Shown here one piece after another: positions 9,712 through 18,501 of a DNA stretch of 64,000 nucleotides. The number at the start of each line of letters is the position of its first letter. The stretch's first letter is position 1. The DNA comes from Candidatus Omnitrophota bacterium (GTDB lineage Bacteria > Omnitrophota > Gorgyraeia > B26-G9). The translations under genes and the position numbers were made by a program. The notes under the pieces were generated by a model. That model was not told where the DNA came from, ran no database searches, and was given only the letters and a program-made list of their open reading frames with translations. The stretch is taken from assembly GCA_018817165.1 (NCBI GenBank), contig JAHITY010000062.1, positions 26,958-90,957 on the forward strand, in the 5' to 3' direction.

Positions 9712-9803
9712 GTAGGGGCGCTGCTTGCCTGCGCCCGGTTATCAATAATTTTGATATATGATAATTGTATATTATTTTGGGTCGAGACAAGCACGGCCCC
9801 TAC
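9712..9803 (+). promoter_or_regulatory. GC-rich nested inverted repeats immediately downstream of pilR (candidate PilR upstream-activating site or RNA structure)
   Basis: GTAGGGGC (9712-9719) pairs with GCCCCTAC (9796-9803), enclosing hairpin GGGCGC-tgcttgcct-GCGCCC (9716-9736) and an AT-rich stretch. About 200 nt upstream of the sigma-54 promoter. Confidence 0.3.
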
Positions 9804-10008
9804 ATTGTGAATAGGTGTCCCTATATCTTCTGCTAAACGCTGCGTTCCTGTTTTTAGGAAAAAGTTTTCATATTCTGGAAAAAAATTTCTAAGTTTATTT
9901 TTTGCTTAATTTTTGTCCCCAAATTCAGTAATAAAAATCTAAATCTTAAGTGCTTGCATTTAAACGAGTTAATTGATATTTCAAAAAAATAAAAAAATAA
10001 AATTATCT

Positions 10009-10024
10009 TGGCATATCCATTGCT
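10009..10024 (+). promoter_or_regulatory. Sigma-54 (-24/-12) promoter for the major pilin gene
   Basis: TGGCAT-atcca-TTGCT: GG at 10010-10011 and GC at 10022-10023 with the canonical spacing, about 65 nt upstream of pilA; the cognate activator PilR is encoded just upstream. Confidence 0.7.
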
Positions 10025-10090
10025 ATTACATACCTGGAATCAACTATTTATTAACGGGTAATTTGTGGTAATTAAAGAAAGGGGTGTTGT

Positions 10091-10570
10091 ATGAATCGTA
10101 AGGGCTTTACATTGGTAGAAATCATGATTGTTGTAGCGATTATTGCCTTATTGGCAGCTATTGCTATACCTAACCTTATGCGTGCAAGGTTAAACGCGAA
10201 TGAAGCGGCTGCGCAATCGACATTAAAAACAGTAGCTACCGCAGCGGAAAGTTTTAGAGCAGCGCAAACGAATCCTTTATATCCGGCAAATGCGGCCGCG
10301 ATGACAGGGGCAACTCCGGCTTATTGTGATGCGGGAATTTTTGCCGCGGCGGGAAGACAAGGGTATTTACTTACTTATACTCAATTAGATGCTGGTCTGA
10401 GATATGTTGCGGCAGCCCAACCAGTAACTTTTCAGGTAACTGGGGTAAGAACATTTGCAATTAATCAAACTGGTGTTCTCAGAGCAACAGATGCAGGAGC
10501 AGCAGCGGTAACAGCTGGGCCAGCGACAACAGCTGCGTATGAAGCTGCAGCTTTCGTGGCTGTCCAATAA
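10091..10570 (+). CDS. pilA: Type IVa major pilin PilA (paralog 1)
   Basis: MNRKG|FTLVEIMIVVAIIALLAAIAIPNL, the canonical T4a pilin N-terminus. 159 aa; Ala/Thr-rich C-terminal half with a single Cys; GC content locally much higher than neighbours. Confidence 0.9.
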   Translation: MNRKGFTLVEIMIVVAIIALLAAIAIPNLMRARLNANEAAAQSTLKTVATAAESFRAAQTNPLYPANAAAMTGATPAYCDAGIFAAAGRQGYLLTYTQLDAGLRYVAAAQPVTFQVTGVRTFAINQTGVLRATDAGAAAVTAGPATTAAYEAAAFVAVQ

Positions 10571-10589
10571 TTAGTGCGATAAAATCTAA

Positions 10590-10631
10590 AAGAGGGATTG
10601 TATAGAAATATATGATTCCTCTTTTTTTATT
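10590..10631 (+). terminator. Intrinsic terminator after pilA paralog 1
   Basis: AGAGGGA...TTCCTCT hairpin followed by TTTTTTTATTT. Confidence 0.6.
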
Positions 10632-10730
10632 TCAGGTTATTGTTGAGATTGAAAAGAATATTTGTTATAATAAAAAAAAGTTATAATGTTTGTCTCTAAT
10701 TAATTTGGTTAATTAGTTGAAAGGCTTGCG

Positions 10731-11279
10731 ATGAATTCAATAAAATCATTATTACTATTAAAATCGTTTAAGAATAAAATTAATCGATTTATCAAATCAG
10801 TAAATCTGAACAATAATAAATTAGGGTATAGTTTGGTGGAAATAATGATTGTTATCGCGATTATTGCTTTATTAGCCGCGGTTTCCATTCCTAATATGTT
10901 AAGAACTAAACTTAATGCCAATGAACAGGCGGCCCAAACCACTTTAAAAGAAATTTCTAAAGCATGTGAAAGTTATCGAATTACTCAGTCAGTAACTACT
11001 TATCCCGCGGTTATTGCTGACTTGACTGAGGCCGATGATCCATATATTTCCGCTTTGGTTTTTGATTTAAATGGGCATCGAGGCTATTTGTTTACTTTTA
11101 CTGCCGGACCAACTGCAGCATTCGAAGGGGTTATTCAGACATTTGATTGCGGCGCAAGGCCGGTTTCTGCTAATGTTACGGGAAACCGCTGGTTTGTAAT
11201 TGATGAAACCGGAGTATTAAGAGAAGATCTTGATGCTGATGGTATTGCTGATGCCTCAGATACGGCAATTCAGGATTAG
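10731..11279 (+). CDS. Type IV pilin paralog 2 with unusually long (about 32 aa) leader
   Basis: ...NNNKLG|YSLVEIMIVIAIIALLAAVSIPNML; two Cys in the C-terminal half; AAAGG RBS before the ATG at 10731. Confidence 0.75.
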   Translation: MNSIKSLLLLKSFKNKINRFIKSVNLNNNKLGYSLVEIMIVIAIIALLAAVSIPNMLRTKLNANEQAAQTTLKEISKACESYRITQSVTTYPAVIADLTEADDPYISALVFDLNGHRGYLFTFTAGPTAAFEGVIQTFDCGARPVSANVTGNRWFVIDETGVLREDLDADGIADASDTAIQD

Positions 11280-11327
11280 TTATGATGAATTGAAATAAAT
11301 TGTAAATTTGCAAAAGAAAGCATTTTT

Positions 11328-11804
11328 ATGCAATTGAAAATAAAACATGGATTTACATTGGTTGAAATATTAATCGTTGTCGCCATAATTGCCATGCTTG
11401 CAGCTTTGGCAATTCCTAATCTTATATACGCGCGTTTAAATTCAAATGAAGCCAATGCTCAAGGCACGTTAAAAGTTATTGGCAGTGCCTGTGAGAGTTT
11501 TCGGGTTGTTCAGGCAATTCCTCAATTTCCGGTTGATTTAGCGGCAGTAACTGATGCGACTCCGCCTTATTTAGCCGCGATTATTGATACCGCGACAACC
11601 GGGTCGCCGAAAAACGGTTATAATTATACGTATACGAGAATTGGTTTTCAGCAGTTTGTTTGCTGTGCAACACCAGAAACTTATCAGGTTACGGGAATCA
11701 GGACTTTTGCTTTAAACGAGAGCGGTGTGATCAGAGCGATTGACAATACTGCTGCGGTGGTAAATACGGAAGCTGCATATGATTTGATGACTCCGACCAA
11801 TTAA
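11328..11804 (+). CDS. Type IVa pilin paralog 3
   Basis: MQLKIKHG|FTLVEILIVVAIIAMLAALAIPNL; Cys pair present (SACESFR...FVCCATPE). Confidence 0.85.
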   Translation: MQLKIKHGFTLVEILIVVAIIAMLAALAIPNLIYARLNSNEANAQGTLKVIGSACESFRVVQAIPQFPVDLAAVTDATPPYLAAIIDTATTGSPKNGYNYTYTRIGFQQFVCCATPETYQVTGIRTFALNESGVIRAIDNTAAVVNTEAAYDLMTPTN

Positions 11805-12144
11805 ATATTTTTATGAAATGATTATTTTACGTAAGTCATTTGAAGTAATGATTTTCATTGACAAAAATAAAAAAAAATGCTAAATTAAAATAGTAATAAA
11901 TAGAGGAAGAATTTTTACTAAAAAATGGAGTTTGAGAAATGACAGGGAAATGTCTTTCTAGAAAAAGAAGTATACCCTCTAATTCTATGTATGACTGCAA
12001 TTATTTTTTCCCCTCATATTTTTTAAAACTCATATCTCTTGTGTATAATAAAGCATACAGCTTTTCGATTAAGCCTGAAAATGATTCAAATCTTATTATT
12101 TGTGGGAATTGTCGAACCAGTTTAAAAAAAAGGTTTAGGTATTA

Positions 12145-13416
12145 ATGGACAAAGTGATAACTTTATTGCCATTTATCAGCATTTTATTTTTAATTGTTTT
12201 TTGGGTTTTTAGTCCGAATATGGGGGCGGCTCTATTAACAATTACTATTCCTTTTGTTATTTTTGCCGTTTATTCTAATTTAAAAAGAAAAGAATTACTC
12301 TCGGAATTAAGGGATACTGTTAAATCTTTTCAAGCGGAAAAAGAAGAAATTATAAAAGAAATTCAGAAAAAAGAAAAAAAACAAAGAGCGCAAAATGAAG
12401 AATTAAGACAGTTTGGAAAAAGTCTTTCCACGGCAATTAATAAAGATCAGCTTTTGCGTTTAATTGTAAAAAATTTCAGCAAGGTTACTGAATCTAAAGA
12501 AGGCGAAAGCCAATGTTTTCTTTTAAGCCGGCAGCAAGGGACAGATGAGTTTATTTACGAAGCCGGACATAATTTTGACAGCAATACCTTGAAATCAATG
12601 AGGTTTAGTGAGAATGATGAAATTATTCAGGCAGTAGTAAAAAGCAAAAAAATCAATACTTTTATTAGTGATATATTTGGCGGAGATTCAAATATTAGAT
12701 ATTTTCTTAAAGAGGAACGGACAACTTATTTATCGCAATTAGGATCACTGGCGCTTATCCCTTTAATAATGGAAGAGGAAGTGTGGGGAATTATTGTAAT
12801 TTTTTGCCGAGAAGGGGCTGCGGCTAATATAAAAAATGATGAAGCTTTTTTTCGGCTTTTGGTCGCGCAGGCTTCAATTGCTTTAGGTAGCGCGATTCAT
12901 CGCGGTCTTGCTTCGATCGATAAACTAACTCAGTTGTATAATCGTACTTTTTTGCAAAAACGAATGAATGAAGAAGTCGAATTTTGTAATCGGCAGCTTC
13001 TGCCTTTAAGTTTGTTGATGCTGGATATTGATCATTTTAAATTAATTAATGATACTTATGGGCATCAAGAAGGCGATATGGTGCTTAAAAAAATAGCGCA
13101 GATTATCAGTAAAAGTGTGAGATTAACTGATATTTGCGCGCGTTATGGCGGAGAAGAATTTGTTATTGTTTTACCGGGAATTGAGGAAATCGCGAACGAT
13201 AAATTTTCTATAGCTGAAAAATTAAGGCAGGCTGTTGAAAGTTCTGATTTTGTTGTGCTGGGTGATAAGCATATAAAAGTTACTATTAGTATTGGGGTTA
13301 CTGTAGGCAGATATCCTGAGGATAAAGACTTAGGGATGGACGCGTTTATCCAAAAAGCGGATCTATTGCTCTATAAAGCAAAAGAAGCTGGTAGAAATAG
13401 GGTGTGTTATAGTTAA
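12145..13416 (+). CDS. Membrane-anchored GAF-GGDEF diguanylate cyclase
   Basis: Two N-terminal TM helices, a coiled-coil, a GAF-like middle domain, and a C-terminal GGDEF domain with an intact active site RYGGEEFVIVLPG. A sigma70-like promoter TTGACA-17-TAAATT sits at about 11868-11896. Confidence 0.85.
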   Translation: MDKVITLLPFISILFLIVFWVFSPNMGAALLTITIPFVIFAVYSNLKRKELLSELRDTVKSFQAEKEEIIKEIQKKEKKQRAQNEELRQFGKSLSTAINKDQLLRLIVKNFSKVTESKEGESQCFLLSRQQGTDEFIYEAGHNFDSNTLKSMRFSENDEIIQAVVKSKKINTFISDIFGGDSNIRYFLKEERTTYLSQLGSLALIPLIMEEEVWGIIVIFCREGAAANIKNDEAFFRLLVAQASIALGSAIHRGLASIDKLTQLYNRTFLQKRMNEEVEFCNRQLLPLSLLMLDIDHFKLINDTYGHQEGDMVLKKIAQIISKSVRLTDICARYGGEEFVIVLPGIEEIANDKFSIAEKLRQAVESSDFVVLGDKHIKVTISIGVTVGRYPEDKDLGMDAFIQKADLLLYKAKEAGRNRVCYS

Positions 13417-13452
13417 GATGCTAAAAACCTTTTTGTTTAAAATGGGAGAGTA

Positions 13453-15123
13453 ATGTTTCAAAAAAACAATGATTCTATAGGACTGGAAATAGGTGACGGT
13501 TTAGTTAAGGCAATGCATATGCGTTGTTCGGCTAAAGAAAACAGGTTGCTGGGATACGAGATTGTACCAGTGAATTTTCGCGAAGGTCGCCAAGGAATTG
13601 TCAATGCAATGAATGAGGTATTGACGCGTCTTGCCCTTAATAAGAAAAAGCATAAAGTTAATATCTCTGTTTCTGGCGAATCAGTTATGGTTCGAGATAT
13701 CCATTGGCCGCAAATGGCTGATGAGGAGATCCGTAAGGCATTGAAATTTGAAGTGGAACGACAGGTCCATTATAAAACTGATGAAATTGTATTTGATTAT
13801 TATTCTGTTTTGGATAAAACGATTGCTGAAACAAAAACAAGAGTTATTCTGGTTGCTGCTAAAAAAGATCTTATTGAAAATTATGTTAGCCTGATTGATT
13901 CGACGGGTTTTCTGCCGGGTTTTATTGAAGTAGACACCTTTAGTCTGCTGAATTGTTTTTATGTTAATGGGCCAAAACTGGCTGCTGAAAAAACAATAGC
14001 GATTATTAATATAGGCATGGAAGTTACTAATATTGATATAATTCGAGGGAGAATTGTCGGTTTAACAAAAGATGCTTTTGTTGCCTGGAGCAATTTGATT
14101 GATGCTTTGCCGGAAGATGTTGAATTAGACTTTTCGGATGTGACTTCGCTTAAAGGCGTGATGGGTACTGATGATATTTATGAATTGAGTCTGTTTATCA
14201 TGAACGCGCTTTCAAATCAGATAAGGCGTACGATTGAATTTTATGAAAGTCAGGGACGGGATACGGTAGAGGAAATATACTTAAGCGGCAAAGTGGCAAT
14301 GTATAAGAATCTGGATAAGTATCTGCAGAATATTCTGGGATTACAGGTTACTATTTGGGATCCGCTGGCTAATGTGCAATATGACCCCAAATTGTTCGCG
14401 GACAAGAAAATAAAGGAACAGGCTTTAATGCTGGCAGTTTGTACTGGGCTTGCCTGCTTTAGATCTTTTAATATAAATTTGGCTAGCAATAAAAAAGAAG
14501 TTAAAAAAAGCAAGCTGATGAAGTTTGTTAATCAAAATAAGATATTGTTTTATCTGGTATCAATTGCAATTATTTGTTTGATCGGGGTTTGGGTCATTTT
14601 GAGTAGTCAGCTTAAAATTAAAGAAGTTAATAAACAAAAATTGCTTGATCAAAATCAAAAATTGGAAGGGATTTTGCAGGACATTGAAAATTTAAAACAG
14701 GCTAGGTTTACTTTGCAGCAGCATATGCAGATAGCTAAGGCTTTACTTTCCCGAAGAATAATCTGGGGTAAAAAATTTCATCAAATAAGTACTAGTTTAC
14801 CGGAAGAAATGTGGCTGACGGATTTATATCTCAAAGACGCGTCAGTATCTCCAGCTAAGAGTCAATTTGAAGTAATAACTGATATTGGTGGGGCTGATTC
14901 TTTTAGGCCAAAGGATACTGTCCAGATCTTAATCATCAAAGGAACGGCATTTTCCAAAGCAAGTGATAATATGCTTAAAATAATAAATGATTTTATTAAT
15001 GCTTTAAAGTATAACCAGGAATTTGCTAAAGATTTTTCAACAATAGAATTAAAGCGCTCCCAACGTGTTGATATCGGTGATAGAGCGATTATGAAATTTA
15101 GTATGGAGTGTGTTTTAAAATAA
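13453..15123 (+). CDS. pilMN: Fused PilM-PilN (actin-like ATPase domain, then a TM helix, then a PilN-like periplasmic coiled-coil domain)
   Basis: Residues 1 to about 345 are PilM-like. Then comes FNINLASN (resembling the PilN INLLP motif) and a TM helix ILFYLVSIAIICLIGVWVILSS, followed by a coiled-coil and a C-terminal domain. 556 aa in total. Confidence 0.75.
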   Translation: MFQKNNDSIGLEIGDGLVKAMHMRCSAKENRLLGYEIVPVNFREGRQGIVNAMNEVLTRLALNKKKHKVNISVSGESVMVRDIHWPQMADEEIRKALKFEVERQVHYKTDEIVFDYYSVLDKTIAETKTRVILVAAKKDLIENYVSLIDSTGFLPGFIEVDTFSLLNCFYVNGPKLAAEKTIAIINIGMEVTNIDIIRGRIVGLTKDAFVAWSNLIDALPEDVELDFSDVTSLKGVMGTDDIYELSLFIMNALSNQIRRTIEFYESQGRDTVEEIYLSGKVAMYKNLDKYLQNILGLQVTIWDPLANVQYDPKLFADKKIKEQALMLAVCTGLACFRSFNINLASNKKEVKKSKLMKFVNQNKILFYLVSIAIICLIGVWVILSSQLKIKEVNKQKLLDQNQKLEGILQDIENLKQARFTLQQHMQIAKALLSRRIIWGKKFHQISTSLPEEMWLTDLYLKDASVSPAKSQFEVITDIGGADSFRPKDTVQILIIKGTAFSKASDNMLKIINDFINALKYNQEFAKDFSTIELKRSQRVDIGDRAIMKFSMECVLK

Positions 15124-15132
15124 GGGAAAATA

Positions 15133-15726
15133 ATGAAAAAAGAACTTTCTAAAAAAGATCAGACATTAATCGCGGGAATTATTGGAATTTTTATTCTAGT
15201 GGTTCTGTCTTTTGTGACCGTATTCCAGCCTTTAATTACAAAAATTTTAAATTATAATAAACAGGAAAAGACAATGAGTGAACAGTTGGCTAAAGTTGAA
15301 AGCATGTCAGCTGATAAAGAAAAACTATCAAGGGAATTAGAAATTATTACTAAGAAAATAGATTATTATGAAAAAAAATTACCGCAACAGACTGATATCC
15401 CGGAAATACTCGCGGAATTGATTAAAATAGGCGAAAAAAGCAATGTTACATTTATTATGATTGAGCCGCAGAACACAAAGCAGATAGCTGTGGGAGATTC
15501 TCAGAATAAAACATATTTAGAAATCCCCATAGAAATTAAGCTCAAGGCAGGGTATCATCAGTTCGCGGCTTTTGTTAATGGTGTGGAAAATTTTCAAAGA
15601 TTCATGAAAGTGGATAATATAAAGATTACTTCTAAAGATGACAGCGCTGAGAAATTACATGAGGCGAGTTTAACGGTTAGCGCATTTGCTATAGAAAGAA
15701 AAAATACTGATGAAAAAACAAATTAA
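15133..15726 (+). CDS. pilO: PilO-like inner-membrane pilus alignment protein
   Basis: N-terminal TM, coiled-coil and a small periplasmic domain; position between pilMN and pilP. Confidence 0.6.
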   Translation: MKKELSKKDQTLIAGIIGIFILVVLSFVTVFQPLITKILNYNKQEKTMSEQLAKVESMSADKEKLSRELEIITKKIDYYEKKLPQQTDIPEILAELIKIGEKSNVTFIMIEPQNTKQIAVGDSQNKTYLEIPIEIKLKAGYHQFAAFVNGVENFQRFMKVDNIKITSKDDSAEKLHEASLTVSAFAIERKNTDEKTN

Positions 15727-16150
15727 ATCGAAAGTAATTTTATTAGTGATATTAATAATCATTATTAATTCAATGGCTTTAGGGCTTAATGCATTGTTAA
15801 CTGATGCTTTTGCGCAACAACCTATAGTAAGTGATGAATCAACGGAGGTATTTGTTTATACTCGGAATGAAAGACCTGATCCGTTTGTTAGTTTAATAAA
15901 TAAAAGCGGAGATTTTAAAGATAATGTTCCCAGCGCAAGAGAAGAAATGATGGATTTAGTTCAACTGATTAAAGTTGATGGAATCCTTTGGGATTCTCAA
16001 ATGCCCTTGGTAATGATCAATAAAGAAATTCATAAAATCGGTGATATAGTCAATAGGCTGACTGTTAAAGAAATTACTGCTGAATCAGTTACTTTTGCGT
16101 ATTCAGATTTAACGTATACAATTACTATTATAGAAAAGAAATATTTTTGA
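15710..16150 (+). CDS. pilP: PilP-like protein
   Basis: Signal-anchor N-terminus plus a small beta domain; overlaps pilO and the pilQ start (ATGA); position in the operon. Confidence 0.5.
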   Translation: MKKQIKSKVILLVILIIIINSMALGLNALLTDAFAQQPIVSDESTEVFVYTRNERPDPFVSLINKSGDFKDNVPSAREEMMDLVQLIKVDGILWDSQMPLVMINKEIHKIGDIVNRLTVKEITAESVTFAYSDLTYTITIIEKKYF

Positions 16151-17880
16151 ATATCAAGGAGGAGTTAATGGACGTTAAAAATTTAATCTCAAGGAAGAGA
16201 ATTACACTGTGTTTGTTTTTATTGAGCATGATCTGCTGTTTTTCTTTAAACTCAGAGCTGAAATTCGCGTATGCTCAGCAGAGCGTTGAAAATCAATCAG
16301 ATTTTTCAGAACAGCTGAAAAATAATGATACTAGTGAGGATAAATTAATTTCGATTACTCTTAAGGAAACGGATATTAGAGAAGTGCTTAATATCCTGGC
16401 ATTTAAGGGGGGAGTCAATATCGTTGCGGGTGATGATGTTGTGGCGAAAATATCTGTTCAGCTTAAAGATGTTCCTTGGGAGCAGGCGCTGGATGTTATT
16501 TTGAAGACTTATAATTTCACTTATAAGCGCGATGGAAGCCTGATTCGGGTCATGAGCCTGGCTCGCGCATTGGAAGAAGAAGGTAAGACACCGCTTAAAA
16601 CTAAAATATTAGCGCTTAATTTTGCTGATGTTGTAGAATTGAAAGAGTCATTGAACAAAATGTTGAGTAAAAGAGGCACAATGGAGGTTGATAAACGCAC
16701 TAATTCTTTGATTATTACCGATATCCCGGAAATGGTAGATGCAATTGAGGAATCAGCAACTAGGCTGGATACTCTGACGCCACAGGTATTGATTGAAGCG
16801 ATGATGGTTGATATTAAAATAACTGACAAAAATCAATGGGGAACATTATTGAATGTATTAGATTTAAAAAATAGTCCGAATGGTTTAGACTCAGTATTGT
16901 CTGACGGCTCAGGCACTGGTCTTTTAAACTTTGGCACAATAACAGATAATTTTGATTTAACTGGGGCAATCGTGTCCCTGGTTTCACAAGGTATGGCTTC
17001 AATCCTGGCTAATCCAAAGGTGCTTACTTTAGATAATCAAAAGGCAATGATAGAAATAATCACGGAAATTCCTTATCAAGAGTCTGTTGATTCCGGTGGA
17101 GCAATTACTACTACGATTAAGTTTAAAGATGCGGGAATTAAATTGTCAGTAACTCCGCATATTACCAGTGGCAGATTTATTTCGATGAATGTTATGCCTG
17201 AACAAAGTTTTCAGTCTGGTTTTGCTGAAAACACAACGCAGCCGATTATTGATAAACGCTCGGCAGAAACAAATCTTCTGGTTAAAGATGGCCAGACAAT
17301 TGTGATTGGCGGTTTAAGACAAACTACTGATAACATCGATCAAGGAAAAATTCCTTTTTTTGGGGATATACCCTTTTTCGGATTGTTTTTTAGAAGCAAA
17401 TTAAGAACAAAAGTGGAGACAGAATTGGTTATTTTTGTTACTCCGCATATTGTGGAAACAGCGCTTTTAAGTGATCGAGAAATAGAATTGTTTGAAAAAC
17501 TAGATAATACCGCTAGGTTATGTTTTGACGAACGGTCTGAAATGGAAAAATTCAAAGCTTTTATGAATATTAAAAAAGATGTAAATAAAGCTGAAAAAAT
17601 TGCTGAGCATGAAAGTAAACGCTTACGCTTAGAACAAGAAGTAAAATCAGATCCCTTGATTGAGGCCAATTATCAATCAACAGCTTCGGAACCACTAAAA
17701 ACGCAATTACGCCAGAGGCGTAAGCAAATTATCGAAAAAGATGCGCCGGCACCGGTTCAAGAGGTTCCGGTAGTTTTTGAGCAGGATTTTTCATCCGAGG
17801 TTTATCAACAAAACAAAGCTTTAGAACTGGAAGCTGATCAATTTCGCAAATCAATGGATTTGCTGAAAAGTGAACATTAA
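16147..17880 (+). CDS. pilQ: Type IV pilus secretin PilQ
   Basis: Signal peptide, N0/N1-like domains, and the secretin C-domain signature IPFFGDIPFFGLFFRS...ELVIFVTPHIV; 577 aa. Confidence 0.9.
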   Translation: MNIKEELMDVKNLISRKRITLCLFLLSMICCFSLNSELKFAYAQQSVENQSDFSEQLKNNDTSEDKLISITLKETDIREVLNILAFKGGVNIVAGDDVVAKISVQLKDVPWEQALDVILKTYNFTYKRDGSLIRVMSLARALEEEGKTPLKTKILALNFADVVELKESLNKMLSKRGTMEVDKRTNSLIITDIPEMVDAIEESATRLDTLTPQVLIEAMMVDIKITDKNQWGTLLNVLDLKNSPNGLDSVLSDGSGTGLLNFGTITDNFDLTGAIVSLVSQGMASILANPKVLTLDNQKAMIEIITEIPYQESVDSGGAITTTIKFKDAGIKLSVTPHITSGRFISMNVMPEQSFQSGFAENTTQPIIDKRSAETNLLVKDGQTIVIGGLRQTTDNIDQGKIPFFGDIPFFGLFFRSKLRTKVETELVIFVTPHIVETALLSDREIELFEKLDNTARLCFDERSEMEKFKAFMNIKKDVNKAEKIAEHESKRLRLEQEVKSDPLIEANYQSTASEPLKTQLRQRRKQIIEKDAPAPVQEVPVVFEQDFSSEVYQQNKALELEADQFRKSMDLLKSEH

Positions 17881-17941
17881 GGAAAATAAAGCGATGTAAT
17901 TAAGAAATAAATCATATTTTCATACAATTATGTTTGGGGGC

Positions 17942-17969
17942 TTGACAATTGTATATTTAAGAGTATACT
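17942..17969 (+). promoter_or_regulatory. sigma70-like promoter (TTGACA-16-TATACT) for the rimP-nusA-infB operon
   Basis: Sequence match upstream of rimP. Confidence 0.4.
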
Positions 17970-17985
17970 AATAAGAACGGCAATC

Positions 17986-18501
17986 ATGAGTTTAAGTCAA
18001 AAAGTGGGAATTAGTTCCCGCTTTTTTTGTGGAGTAAAGCAGATGGATTTTAATCCAAAAGTTAAAAAGGTAGTCCAGGAAGTATTGGAACTTTATCCAG
18101 ATATTGAACTTGTGGATCTTAGTATTAGATCGCAAGACGGTATTCAGATGATTACATTGCTAATTGATACTTCTAAAGGTGTGCGTTTAGATCAATGTGT
18201 GAAAATTAATAAGCAGATTGGGTATAAGCTGGAAGAAACCGAGGGATTTAAGCCAAAATACAAAATTGAGGTTTGTTCTCCAGGAATTGACAGAATCCTT
18301 AAAACCGCTGTTGATTTTAAACGGGTTTGTGGAAAAACTATAAAATTAACAATGTTAAATCCTGGATTAAATGAGCATGTTTTAGTTGGGGTTTTAAATC
18401 AAGTTGCGGAAGATAATATAGTTTTAGAACTTAGTAAAGATAATCAAGTGCAAGTAAATATTGATAATATTAAACAAGCGAGATTGGAAATCGGGTGGTA
18501 G
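17986..18501 (+). CDS. rimP: Ribosome maturation factor RimP
   Basis: RimP-like N- and C-domains; canonical position upstream of nusA. True start may be the internal Met at about 18046. Confidence 0.7.
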   Translation: MSLSQKVGISSRFFCGVKQMDFNPKVKKVVQEVLELYPDIELVDLSIRSQDGIQMITLLIDTSKGVRLDQCVKINKQIGYKLEETEGFKPKYKIEVCSPGIDRILKTAVDFKRVCGKTIKLTMLNPGLNEHVLVGVLNQVAEDNIVLELSKDNQVQVNIDNIKQARLEIGW

